A DNA stretch of 64,000 nt from Setoptus koraiensis (lineage: Eukaryota > Animalia > Arthropoda). The notes under the pieces are model-generated. The model saw only the letters and a program-made list of their open reading frames with translations, was not told the DNA's origin and made no database searches. The stretch lies in the NCBI GenBank assembly GCA_048013815.1, contig CM106585.1, forward strand, positions 24,056,001 to 24,120,000, given 5' to 3'. The position numbers were made by a program, and so were the translations under genes. Positions 1-13,400 of the stretch are shown piece by piece. How positions within the stretch are numbered: the stretch's first letter is position 1; the number at the start of each line of letters is the position of its first letter.

Positions 1-580
1 ACAGTCGATTGTTGTCATCTTCAGTCCATATACTATGATCACTATCTAATACATTGATTATGGCTTTTAGATAATTAACAAGAATCTTGTGCGGATAATT
101 ACTGCGAACGCAAAAGCCAAGATTCTTTAATAATCTAGTTTCGGCATTTATAACTCTTGCTTTAATCCTTTCAAAATCACAACCATTGTAGAAGGTGACT
201 TTGACTTTTCTTTTGCATGATATAATATATGTAAATACATGGATTACTTCGCGTACTTTGCGTGGACACTCTTCTATTTTAGCAGCTAAAAATAAAGCAG
301 CCATGGCAGAAATGTCCATCTTGTGATTTTGGAATGAGTATCTACTTGTGTAATAGAGCCTTTGAAATAGCATTTGTGCCAAAGCCATAGCTTTTTGGCG
401 GAGTCTGAGTAAGATGCCAGCGTTTTGTATGAGATCACAGCCTAAAATTCTGAGGTCCTGTTCTGTTCTACTGTCCATGCCGTCCTTTTGCGATGGTGTT
501 GATTTCAATCTGTCCTCTGGTAGAACCCAGTTCTCTAAATCGAGCTTGACAATTACCCTGACAGGCGACATTATCACCAT
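1..580 (-). CDS. CCNL1: Cyclin L (CCNL1/2 family), 5' part; ORF runs off the left edge
   Basis: Hand translation from ATG at 580 gives MVIMSPVRVIVKLDLENWVLPEDRLKSTPSQKDGMDSRTEQDLRILGCDLIQNAGILLRLRQKAMALAQMLFQRLYY...AALFLAAKIEECPRKVREVIHVF...AETRLLKNLGFCVRSNYPHKILVNYL, open to base 1. This matches the cyclin L N-terminal cyclin box (TPS..DG..ETE.DLRILGCELIQ.AGILLRL; LGFCV...PHK). It is missing from the ORF track because there is no stop in the window. ATG at 571 is an alternative start. Confidence 0.93.
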   Translation of the reverse strand, partial: MVIMSPVRVIVKLDLENWVLPEDRLKSTPSQKDGMDSRTEQDLRILGCDLIQNAGILLRLRQKAMALAQMLFQRLYYTSRYSFQNHKMDISAMAALFLAAKIEECPRKVREVIHVFTYIISCKRKVKVTFYNGCDFERIKARVINAETRLLKNLGFCVRSNYPHKILVNYLKAIINVLDSDHSIWTEDDNNRL

Positions 581-759
581 AATAATGCCACTGAAAGTAT
601 CAATAGACGAATAATACAAGCTTATTGTTACATAAATAAGGATAGTGGATAAAATACAAAAACAGATTGACAGATTGAAAATTTGTGCGGTCATGGTGCA
701 ATGAATGAGATATAAAAACATGATGCTATTGGCGCTAGATTCAAAGTTGGAAAAGTTGC

Positions 760-901
760 TAGTGATGGGAGGATATCGATCTCCCACCCTGGGAGAAGGG
801 AGAAATCTCCCAAAGAGCTCGCCAGTCTCCCGAATCTTCGGGGGATAAATATCTCATGGGCGGGAGAATTTCTCCCGTTCGGGCTTATCTCCCCATCATT
901 A
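760..901. mobile_element. Non-autonomous hAT-type MITE, 142 bp
   Basis: Imperfect TIRs: left TAGTGATGGGAGGATA, right (reverse complement) TAATGATGGGGAGATA. Perfect 8-bp direct repeat AAAGTTGC on both sides (752-759 and 902-909). Internal GGGAGA/TCTCCC subterminal repeats. 8-bp TSDs with TAG/CAG ends are typical of the hAT superfamily. Confidence 0.85.
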
Positions 902-1768
902 AAAGTTGCGAATTTTCTGCTGACACTGTCAAATCAACGGTTGATTATTTTTCACGTGAACTAATGCGTTCATGTGAGACTCAGCATCGTGATTCATGAA
1001 TTGGATTGCAAAACTTGCTATCTTTTCTATTATGAAAGTTGTTAATGAAAACATATTGAAAGCTTCTGTGCTGTTTATAAAATCAAATCTCATCAGTGAT
1101 ATACTCTGGAACGACACATTAGGAGAGGAGTATCATCAATCTCTTCATTATTATTATTAGCATTTAATTTTATTAATTTATTTATCACTGGAGCCATCAT
1201 TGCACGCCAGCTACAAGTGGAATAATAATAATATTCTCTAAACCACAGACACCAGACATTCGGCACAATCAAGAAAAACTTGCTTTGAGCGACCGCCTAG
1301 ATAGGCTCTACAGAAATACAAAATAGCAAGAAACAATCTAGGCGTAGCTGGAGCAGAGATTCATAGGAGCCAGATGGCTAAGATTTATTGATGCTGGAAG
1401 TTTATGTAAAAGCTGTTGCTGCTCTCATACGTTATGTAAGCCACTATTTATATTAATTTTCATTACTACCAGAGTGTGGAAGAGAAGAATCATTTGATTA
1501 TGAGCAACAGCAGCCAGTGGCAGCGCTATGTTAGCTACAGATTGACTAGGAATACAGAGAGATAGAAAGGAATAGTGAGAGTTCTTGGGCGGAGTCACAT
1601 CGCAACAGCACGAGAGTTGCGCAACACAAATATAAACTAACACTAATCTGCTATATGGGCAACTGTTGACTTGAGCGGACTGTGTTTCGAAGCATCTCCT
1701 TGTAAAATTCAACTTGCACAAACTTATGCTTTACATTAACTACAGGGATTGGACAGGACATACCAACA

Positions 1769-1809
1769 ACCGACCATCCGACCATCCGACCATCCGACCA
1801 ACCGACCAA
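1769..1809 (+). repeat. Short tandem repeat (CCGACCAT/A)n, about 5 copies
   Basis: Seen directly. Confidence 0.8.
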
Positions 1810-2815
1810 CGAATAGGCCGAACAGGATAGACTAGGGATAGGCAGGAATTCTTCTCGTGAGAATCATCATTACACCAACACACACATATACACACACGTA
1901 TCGTCTGAGTGGATGAGCCAATGCACGTAAAATTAAATAGAAATTCTTCGTTCTCTTGAACATTGGCCCTAAAATATCATATTAACATCATCCCTGGTGA
2001 ATGAATAGAGAGATTCTCCCCGAATTCTGCATGCGGATTCACATAAATGATCGGATATACACAACAATACTCACCTGAGTTCAGCACCACATCAGCTAAT
2101 GAACAGGGTAAGAAACATGTAACAGCAGTAACATCAGCCACTGTATAATAGACAATCACTATTATTAGTTGTAATGCACTAGAAGTAATGGCAAAATGTT
2201 GATAAACAGAAACAAATCATCAGTCGCCGTGTGTTAGTAGTATTCAAAGCACAGCGCCATGACTAAAACAGGCATTCAGCAGCAACAACAACAACAACAA
2301 CAATCAGCAGCTGAACACAACGTAGCAACATAACTATCTATCACAACATCACCACAAATCACCATAGCAAGCAAAAGTTATAGCAACCATGTGAGTGGTT
2401 GTTGGGCAATTGAAAAAAAAACACGAGAACAAATTTTCTACAACATACATACAGGAACATTATAACATTTGTCTAACGTTTGTCGGAGTGGCGGAGGTAA
2501 AAATCACAATCACAACAATTACTTCTCGCTAATCAACACACAATCTACACCCGTCGGTAATTACGGCATTACTACGAGAACAAACAAGACAACAAAACTA
2601 CAACAATTTTTGTTTATCATTAATTTCTCGGCAATCTTGAACAACAACACAGCTATTTCTATCACTATTCTATCATTGTCGAAATCGAGCAAACTTGTTC
2701 GCACAACCTAATATACCAACATTACTCACCAGAAACAAAATTGCAGTAGCAATAATAACAAATACACAACAATAACCATAAACAATCCGGTAACAATTAC
2801 CATCAACAAGTAAAC

Positions 2816-3547
2816 ATGGGCGCCAATCAATCAAGTGGCAAGTCCATTGAGAGGTCGCGCTCAGCTAGAGGATCAAATGGATATTTTAGCAACGGTCGAG
2901 CCGCTAGAACAAATCAATTGAACAACAATGTTCAAAATCAATGCAACTCATACGATTGTCAACAATGTAGCCGGATGACGTTTATCGCCAATCAAGCCAA
3001 CAATACAACACGATACAATAATCTAAATAAAGATCATCAAATTGATTCAAGAGGGTGCAAATCATGTTTGGCAAGCAGCAATAATGTAGAGAATCAATAC
3101 CAGCCAATTAATTTTTCAACTAGAACAAAATCGACATCGGCATCATCGAAACAGCAGCAACAACAACATCAAAATATTTGTTGTGCTAATTATGATATCT
3201 GCTCAACATCGACCAGCAACAGTAGTAGGCAATCTGGCAACAAATGCAAAGAAAACAAAATGCGCTATAAATCACCCCAACAGCAATATCAATATCACAA
3301 CAATAATAGCAGCATCAACGATGACAACAACAATGGTAGAAACATTGCCTCGTTATACAATAGCAACACAGTTGGTCGAACAAAATTAAATCAAAATTCT
3401 GGTTACGCAACACCAAATTCTAAATCATCTTGTGTTGGATCATTGAAACGTATTAAATCATCACCCCTAACTGCACAGCAAGCATCATATGAAGCCATGC
3501 GCACCATCGATATGTATCTCATCCGACAAATAGCACGTAATTTCCTG
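2816..3547 (+). CDS. RTKN: Probable first coding exon of the rhotekin-like gene (N/Q/S-rich, MGANQS start)
   Basis: 244 codons end ...YEAMRTIDMYLIRQIARNFL, followed by a phase-0 GTGAGT donor at 3548. I recall an (D)(L/M)Y.IRQIA..L motif directly before 'D.DLEQKID.EI' in arthropod rhotekin-like proteins. Phase matches the acceptor at 26915. Confidence 0.7.
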
Positions 3548-6354
3548 GTGAGTACAAATCCTAAACATGTTTCAGAAATCCGATATTGCGTTTCGTTTTG
3601 TTCCTAGTGACCAACTTCATACTAGCGATGGCATATTATTGCCATTGTTGTAGCACAATGAATTGGTGTGTTTATCGTTCTAAACAATATCAATATCGTC
3701 GTATTTCCTTTTTAGCGAGACCTACACACTGTAATCAAACTGTTGGTTTGTGTGTATGAATGACATGAACCGACTTGAAGTTCTTCAGCCTTTACTATTC
3801 CTACCTTGAAATTCTGCCAGAAAGAAAAACTTGTAGTCACATAAAATTTTAGATCCAATTATATTCAATATAAATGCGTGTGTTCTCCTCGTATTATCTC
3901 GTATCTTGTCGTAGTCGAGAATGATGACACGCTCGTTAGAAATGTATAAAGCCGATCTAGTTGTGTTTAGTTTAGTCGGATCTACCATACCACCATGAGC
4001 CTTGAGGGAGAAAGAGTTTATCTGGTATTCAATCCTACGAAAAATATCACTCAATTGAACTGAAAGAGCACTCCTCGGGTATCAAAATTTTCTTAGCTTG
4101 AACCGTTCAGTGTAAGATAATTGATTTTTTTATTTTGTATTCATTGGTTCAATTTTGACCCTCAGAAGAGCTGGAAAGCGTCTTGATTTTGCGTGATATC
4201 TGTACAGAAAAGTTATTTCTGTTTCTCAACTATTGTGCTGACCGCCACACAACCTTAAATTCTAGCTAGACATTTATCTAGATTTAAATGGGGAGAGTCT
4301 TCGAGCGTGTGTGTGTGTATTCAATTGTTTCACGGTTGGACCAATTTTTATTAGACAGCTTTAAACTTATACGAAAGCGTAAGTATATATGGCGAAACAT
4401 GTTTAATCTGCTACGAGAGATACTACGCATTGTGTCTGATATCATTGATATCATTTAGCAGTTAACTTGTTACCACTAGCGATGACCATTATCGATTTTA
4501 CTTAAACAAAAGTCTCTTGAAACAGTCTTGTACGAGACAGATAAAATGGTTGGCTTTAGAATTGTTATATGAACAATCGGATCTAAGATTTCTTTGAGAG
4601 TTGTCCGTGTTGTGGTAGTTATAATCGTTGTTACAGTCAGTCTTTCGTGGCGCTTTTCAATGTCACCACGTCGATCTAGCAATTGCGACTGGCGGTCGGA
4701 TAGTAATGAGATCTACTTGACGATTGTGTTATCTCCCTTAGATCAAACCAACAGTATAATGACTATCTAAGGCGTTAGAAGGCATGTTGATAGACGTACA
4801 GAGGCTCAAGAGAACTTCTCCCCAAGAGTTTCATACATGCGCGAGAAATGAGAGGTGTTATTTCAATATCAGTTTCCATTAACAGACTTGGATCATTTGA
4901 TGTCATTTTCTTAGGTATTGGCTTCCAATTTCGTCACTTGAACTGAATGTTGTTCAGGTTGAATGTCACTCATTTGTTATTATTGCGATGCGAAATTTTC
5001 AGTCTAGTTTAACCTTTGCATATCATGCATTCTAATATGGTCAATTCTTCCTGGCTGGCCAATGCGCTATCGCACACACACAGATTTTAGATTCTAGATC
5101 GAGATAAGATGTCAGAAAGAAGAAATTTTCTGTTATCACACAAATAGCGTCATGAGTTGTTATGTGTCTATTGCGATCAAGGTTACGTTATTCCTCGGCA
5201 TTCGTCTAGATTGTATATTTTTGTTTTGCCCACTGTGTAAGTGTGTATGTCTAGAGAACCAGCCGGCCAGATAGCCTTCAATATAAATGTCTGATGTAAA
5301 CCAGGTTAGATGAATTACATCATCATCACAGTCATAATCTCGTGATATCCCGTACTATTATCTGATTTTTGTCTATTACATGTAATATGTGAATACTACC
5401 ATTATTATTATTATTGTTGTTGTCGTTGTTGAGCGTAGTGACACAATGCCTCAGCAACAAGTGGGAAAGACGCCGTTGCTGCGTGTATTATGCAGACTAT
5501 TCTTCTCTACTGCCGCCATATAGCAGTTACGTAATATTTATCATCTTCTTCCCACAATAAGAGGAATATACAAATGGCCTCAGTCATGGAATGGCAAGTG
5601 TGTTCTCTCACATGGTATGCTCATGTGTGTCATGTGGAGCTATACATCTTATCATCTCCGTGACAATTGTTTGTTGCATGAATTCGAACAAAGTCAAGCG
5701 TGTGTGAGCAGTGTGCAGTTATGAGGCGACAACAATCGTTAGCTTGAAATTGATATTGATTCATCAAATATATATTGTTTGTCGAGTTGCCCATTATATA
5801 ACTTATAAGTGTCTGTTTGTTGGCCCTTCGAAGCTTGCCGCCAGACGCATAGCCTGCTATTATGTTTTTCCATTTGTGTGTGTGTGATGCGAACCGCTAT
5901 TCTGCCGAGAGGATGTTTGATGGATATAATAATGTCCACGGAGCATAAGATATCTTATGCGCAAACAAACAATAACAATATTAGTAATAGCAGCAGTTAT
6001 AGTACCGGTGATAGGGGAATGGCGCTGACAATTCTCACGCTAGCCAGCTAAGGCTGGTGGCTGTTGCGCAATTATGAGGCAAAGCCTCTCAATTTAGCCT
6101 GGAGTGTGCATAGAGTTTTTGCCGGTATGCAGATTTAGTGTATATTGTCGTATTTTTGTTGTTCGTGCCGACGAGACGCCATGGCTGGCATTTGTTGCTA
6201 TTTGCAACAACGTCGCCAGGTATTATCATCGAGTCACATCTAGAGATCAGAGAATGTAAAGATCTAAAGATATCATCTCTTAGTTGTTGCTTAGCGACAT
6301 GTGGACATGTCATTCTTTTTCTCTACTTGTTTCTTTTTGCTATTGTGTTCGCAG

Positions 6355-6522
6355 ACAGAATAGTGAACCTTGAACGACGACGATGTGCACCCAATGGTCA
6401 TTGTGCAGAGATGACATTCGATGAATCATCCGGCAAAAGCGCCCCGTCGAGCTGTCATACTATCCAATGGATGCCGGCGAATGGATATGCAAAATATGCG
6501 AGCGAACGAACCAAAGAAACAG
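6355..6522 (+). CDS. Candidate alternative 5' exon of the rhotekin-like gene (ATG 6421; MNHPAKAPRRAVILSNGCRRMDMQNMRANEPKKQ)
   Basis: Long pyrimidine tract plus GCAG acceptor (6351-6354) and a CAG|GTAGTT donor at 6523. The 34 codons from ATG 6421 end in phase 0, compatible with the 26916 acceptor. No homology recognised. Confidence 0.3.
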
Positions 6523-7438
6523 GTAGTTGCGTCTCCCTCGGTTACTATGACTACCAATTAGTGGGTGGCCTGTTGGCCGATTGGCAATGTTTTGTGAATA
6601 AATCATTAACATAGGATGATTACATCTACATTCGAACACTTCACGCCCTAAGAATAGATTTTTGATGCTGTTGTTGTTGTTGCACTGTTGCATCATACAC
6701 ACACAACTTGACCATTCAATACCGATGAATTCGGTATGAATAGCCGGCCACTTTATCAAGTGTTTGAGAGACCTGCCATCGATCTCTATTCATATTCTCA
6801 CTGGCACCTCTCACTCTCCAGTTGGCTTGTGCATTGTCGGTTGGCAATACAAGGGTCGTGCAGGGTGGCAATTGTCTACTTCATAAACTAGCCTAACGCA
6901 TAACACACACACACACAAAACATAATAGATAATACGTAATATATAATAGTACACAGCCGATACCATACACATAGAGAGAAAAATAAATGATGAATGGTCA
7001 AGTGGTTCAAAATGGCCGAGTTGGTTGGTTGGTTTTTGCCACCAATTGAAACACTTGTTGCATGGTCACTTGTAGTTGTAGTAGTAGTAGCGTTGTTGCT
7101 GTTGTCGGCTGCAGTTTGACTAAAACATCATCTGCTCTGGTAACATCTATTTTTAAAAGAGAATATTGAAAATAGAATTCTGTCATTATCGAAGTCGGAG
7201 GCGGTAGTACCAGTTAGTTAGCTGCAGTGTTAGTCGAGTGAGAGAGAGAGAGGGAGAGATAAAGAGAAACGGGTTTGTTGAATTGATCGTCATGATCGTT
7301 ATTTGTATTCAACTTCATTTAACACAATTATTATTTGCGGCGAATTGTGTGGTCGAACTATGGAATGTTGGCCCGTTTACGTAACATTTGAATGACTGGT
7401 ATACAGTCAATTGACCCGTTGTGTGTCTTTAGTTAATC

Positions 7439-7460
7439 TTCTCTCTCTCTCTCTCTCTCT
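7439..7460 (+). repeat. (CT)n microsatellite
   Basis: Seen directly. Confidence 0.9.
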
Positions 7461-10400
7461 TTTTTCTCTCTTCTTCACATCACACTGACTCTGTGTGATT
7501 GTGAATAAAAGTGAATGAATGAATCTTATCTCATTGATGTCGCTGTTGTTGCCTCACTGACGTCGATCACCTGTTGTTCTCATCATCATCATAAGTACTC
7601 ACACACACACACACACAAGAGTGCTGCTATTCTGCAAATATCATCATCATCATGATAACAATAGTAGTTGTTGTATGATGTATGCACATAACACAAAACA
7701 TATAGCACAACACAACACAACACAACAAGATTACATAACGTTATGCCTATTTGATTGTCCAACTTCCGATTTCCGCTGACAAATCGTCCAGCAGCGAGTG
7801 TACACAGTGATAGCCCGGCTATCTGTACACACACTCACAACCGCACGCAGTTAGCTTAACGGAGAATGGTCAATCAATTGAATAGACTCATTGCGATAGT
7901 TGACTAGATTAATATTGCACATATAAGCGCGCCATTTATCAGCAACAACAAGCTGGCATGTGGACTGGCTGGTTGTGTGTATAGACATGGGTAATATGGT
8001 TCACTCATTATTATCATAATGATATGATACGCTTTTTATAATAAGCTCATCGAGAATTACTTATCAAGTCCATATACTTTCCCTCTCTCACTGGCTGTAT
8101 ATCCATGTTTAATATTCATTCACATTGTGAGAAAACAGTCGGAGCGTTAGAGAGTAATCACTTCATGTTTAGATGATTCATTTTGTTTTGTTGTTGAGCC
8201 AATAGTTTACTGGTTGCTTGCAGCAACTAATTATGCAATAAGATACGCGAAAATTGTGACTGTGTGTTATGCAATATTGCTTTTTTGACCATCCTTGCAA
8301 CTTGTGGCGCGCTTGATTCCAATGATAATGTGAGCATGCAGCAACTAGCTGCTTAGCTGTAGATAAATGCTAATCTCATACTGGCAACAAGTCAGCGACA
8401 AGTTGCAATCAAGTCAAATAGGCACAGCCAGTTTTATACCAATTACCTAACTCTTACTTTTCACTGTCCCTCATGATAGTCGTAGATGAAAAATTACCTC
8501 GCTTATATTTTAGTTTAGTGATTTATAACCAAAACACTATATAATAATACACCGACTAATAATATTAATGCAATCGGTTGGTAGCTAGTCCAAATGTATT
8601 AACTACCAGCGACCAACAACCAGCAACAAAAGCCATTTGTTTGAATCCACAACAATCTATATTTTATCATTATGAATTGTGCAATGGCACGCTTAGGTGA
8701 TAGCAGCAGTACATCTTTTGATGATGCCATTGCATGCTCTGTTATTCTTGTTGCAATAACACACTAGTAATCAACGGCGATTACTAATGCATCCAATCGA
8801 GCTTCACCTGTTTTATTATTATCATTATTGTTGTTGTTGTTGTTGTTGTTACCTATAGTATTGTTACCGTAATTGTATCAATGTTCACCTGTTGCAAATG
8901 AATTCTTGGCTATTGCTTTTCGTGATCACAAACCAGCCAGTCAGCCAAGCACCAACTGCTAAGAAAATGGCCAAGCAAAGAGAGATAGTGAAAACTTTTT
9001 AGAAGCGCTCTACAATGGCAATGGTGGCTTGCCGCAATGTGTAACAATTTATTTTTGTGCATCACCAATGTATTCATTATTGTGTCCTATCACTTACTGA
9101 TCGGCTGATTTATTTCTGTTTGTTGCTGCTGCTCATCATTAACTGATCACTTGATAAGACAGGAAGTTACCATTGATTCATTACTCGGTCAAAGTAGTAT
9201 CTAGATTGTCTCGACAAAAAGCCACTAACACAGTGTAAAATTGTCGGTTATTATGCGTGTGTGTTGGACACAATTGCATAAAACAAACAAGCATTTCTAC
9301 CTCCTCAAACGTTCATCTAACGTTACTCGATTAGCCCGCTATTGTAGCAATAGCGGGATAATCGAACGGCCGGCAAGATTCATTAGTATTTGCTCTAATT
9401 GTCGAGACAACAAACTCTTTATTATTGCGCACCCATGGCTAATTGAACTCATTTGTGCTTATACAAAGTGTAGTTGTTATTACATCTGATTGGCCAGCTT
9501 GCAGATCGGCGATCGATAGACACACCACCACCAACAACAACAACAACAACAACTACCGCTACTACACAACTCATTATGATTATAATAATTTGCTAACGAC
9601 AACAATTTCAGCTAATGCCACTAGCCTGTGAAAGCCAGGTGCAAACTCATCAGTGACAGATTAACTAGGTAATAAGTCACCTGGAGGCGCTGAATTAACT
9701 ATTTAGTCAGACTATTTAGTTGTCGTGTCGATTATTTAACAAAATAGAGCGACAGTGGAGAGATTGTTTGTTTGTTTAGTTTGTAATTAGTGCTTGTTGT
9801 TGTCGTTGATTTTAATACAATCTCGAGTGTTGCTTGTGACTGCATTAGACTTGTGTGTTTGTATGGTCAACAAGTGACCACAAAAACACTTGTTGACCAT
9901 ACAAACACACACGTATGTTGTAGTATTGGGACCCATGTTATTCACGCATTGACCCTTATTAATTTAGCTTAACTTATTACACTCACACAATCAAACTCAA
10001 CCATTAGCCGATAAGCAGCACTCATTCGTTCATTCAATGAGTCGTTTATTCATTCATAGTAGTAATAAGAAGATCACTTTCTCTAGTCGACTAGAAAACT
10101 TTCTTCGGAAGTGCAACAATTCCCTCTATTGTGTGTACCATACACATTTTATAAACGGACAATATTATCACGATTCTCGTGTTTACCTTGTTATGCGTTG
10201 TTGTTGTTATCAGTGTTGTTGTTGTCGTCGTTGTTGTTGCTTACAACAACGTTGTTAGAGAGTGATAATGGCAAGAAAATGATGGGTCAGCCAAATAAAT
10301 ATCTATCCATATGTGTATTGGCATGCAATGTTCGACCACTTTTGTTGTTGTTGTTGTACATTTCAATTGACACGTTTCAATAATCTTTTAGTAATGATTT

Positions 10401-13400
10401 ACAAAGATTTAATCGGCTGCTCGCTTGATGAGGGAACGCCAATAGTTGCCGTTAAGTTGAAATAAGTTGAGTTATCATATTGACTGACCAGCTACAGAAG
10501 AAACAAGCACAACCGACAACAAGTTGTTGTTGTCGAGCAGTAGTTGTGGTGCCAACAACAACATCGACAACATCGACAACAACATCCACACGGCGACAAC
10601 GGACCAAGCAACGAAGAAACGGGACGCCATCTTGAATTCAATCAATGTATTATAGGAATTATGGCTTCTTATTATTCTTTTATTCTTTCACGATTACTAC
10701 ATCTACAACAAGTTGGTAATCACTAATCAAATGATTGTTGCGCAACACACATACACACTCACTGTGTTTGTTATTAATCAGCGTAGTCACGACGCCCCCA
10801 TCATGATCGCTAGACACACACACACTCAGTTCTTCGGTTGAGAATTCTTTTGCATTCTCTCTTGTTCCAATCGGTGCCTTTCGACTTCGACTTTGCACTG
10901 CCAGCACACGCACACCAACATTTGATTGGAGCTGAGATTTCTCGCCGTTGCTGTTGTTGTTGTTGCTGTTGTTGTTGTTGCTGTTGCTGCTGTTATGTTG
11001 GTAGTGGCAATTGATGATGGAATGAAACGAAGAATGAAATATCAAGGAAATGCTCATCTGACAGATGATGTGCGTAAGCGATTGCATAAGACATTTAACA
11101 CATTAACAACATCATCAGTTGTGCCATGTCAGCTGCTCGCTCGCTTGCTTGTTTGGTCAGTGTTAATCCGAAGAAGCAAAGGTCAACACTTGTTTGCCTA
11201 GCAATGACATTAGACCAACAAACACTTGACCACTCGACTAATACTGTCAATATTTGTTTCTCTTTGTGTTGTTGTTATGGCACAACAGCTGATAGTTGAA
11301 AATGAACTTCTTGCACTACCGCTAATTGATTAGCAATAGAGTGGCATGGCAAATTAGTTTGTTTTAGTGTTGTTGTTGTTGGTCAGCCGGTCATTGTAGT
11401 ATATATTTAACCATTTGGCCATAAGTAATCATAATGGTTGTTGTCATTAAAAACACCAATATCAATCTACTGGTGCTGATATGAACCAGCAAACTTTGTT
11501 TTAAGAGTCCAATCAAGCAACCTGTTGTTTATGTTGCTCATTTATTGGGCTCACCGACAAACGGACTTAATTATTTACCTCACTCTAGATACTCTAGATA
11601 CTCTAGATACTGTATATACAGTACAGTATTGATTAAGTGCGATTACGTGAGCAAATTAATAATATACAACGGATGATCAACCGGATCGGCTTACTACTGC
11701 AAACTGATTATGGCAATTATTATTATTATTATTATTGAGAGCACCCAACGAGTAAGTAATTTGAACAATGACCACTCTGCAGACACAACGCTGTGGGCAA
11801 GATAGTAAAGGCAAGTTGGCCACTCTCGAGTCTCGTCATTTGCCAATCGGCAAGCATCAAGTGTTTGTGGCTAGCCGATTAATAATAATCATTGTGAAGT
11901 AAAAAGAGACTCAACTATACACCAAATGCAATAGATACCCGCCATGGGCCACAAACACATTTCTGGCCACCGGCCACTGGCCATCCCCTTCGGCCACTAT
12001 CACTTGCTTTGTTGATTGTGCTCTGCAGTCTGACCATTGGTCTACCTGTTGTTGCTGTTTACAATGTTGATAGATAGTAAGAGAGGGAGAGATTTGATTG
12101 ATTGTGACATTCAATATAGGGGCTTGCACTTGCACTCGCTTGCATACACACAGCACAAACGTATTGGTCGGTATAGATTGTAGGTGAATTAATGATTAAT
12201 TGATACCGTTGCCAATCAATCATCTGAGAGCAAGAGCAATAGCAAGACAGGGGCACTTGGGGTTAAAAAAAGAAACTTGTCTCCCTTGAGCAACGGCATC
12301 TTTTGCTCGACAATTCACAGCGATTGACTTGAGTATGGCCCATTGACTGACTGAAAGCTAGCTACTGATTACCGACACAAAGTTAAGTAACAAACAAGTA
12401 TAAATTTGAATGTTACACCTGTCGTCTGTGTCTATGGTGGTCGTCAGCGTCGTCTACTGTTTGCCAGCAATAATAACTATTATCTAATGAAGGCCTCTCT
12501 GCTCACCTTTCACCTGTTTCTTTTGGTGTCGATGCTACTCTTTCTGTTGGTCGCTAGTAATTATTACAACTACTACCTTGCCTTACTCTTGCCTCACATC
12601 AATTTGTGTTGTGTGCTGTTCGTCTCTAATAATTATTCAATCTCAATCAATTATTATTTTCTCTTTTTCCATTTGTTTCCATCAGTCATTTTAGCACACA
12701 CACAAACTACAATTGTGTTTGCTGTTATTTTATGTATCGCGTATTGTCAGTATAGTAGTCGACAAATACTATATGAATTATACCGTTTTTGCCATGCTGT
12801 ACCAGCAACAACAATTAACAATTTTCATCACACTCGCGCCCTATTCATGATAAATATACATGCCAGGTATGCACACATGATAGAGGTCGACTGATTGGTG
12901 AAACGACCAGAGACGATCCATTCACTGCAATTGTCAATGTTTCATATTTGCAAATGGTAATTCTATTCATTTGATTAATCATACTGCTGGCTGTGAATGG
13001 AACGGGCCCTATTTGTAATTGTTTTTGATCGATTGTTTCTACTTCTTCTTTTTCTTTCACTTCTCTCACTCTTACACACATCGTAATGCAACAATTGTGT
13101 ATTGCGTATATTGTATTTGTGTGATAGTCTAGTGACTAGTAGTGATAATTGTGTTCATCTTCAGTTAGTCTGATCCACCAATAATTGCCAGCAATTATTT
13201 CCGCTATTCATTATCGTTGTTACACACTTTATGTTATTACGTTTATGAGGGTTACCCAGGTGAGCTTCGGGTTGACTTGAGGTGAGCTCACCACCATCAC
13301 CACCTGTTGATTATTTGCGCCCACAGCCAGCCATCATTTGAGTATAATTGCGTTTGTCCATTTACTTTTTGTCCTCACTCATTACAATTATACCGTTTGC

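Noticed and set aside
3548-3607. C-terminal VSTNPKH...SFCS of the 263-aa ORF
   Set aside because: Read-through into the intron after a consensus GTGAGT donor.
6477-6522. Frame reading GEWICKICERTN, resembling a RanBP2/Sec24 zinc finger
   Set aside because: Only half the motif is present, there is a stop shortly upstream in that frame, and I found no partner Cys pair.
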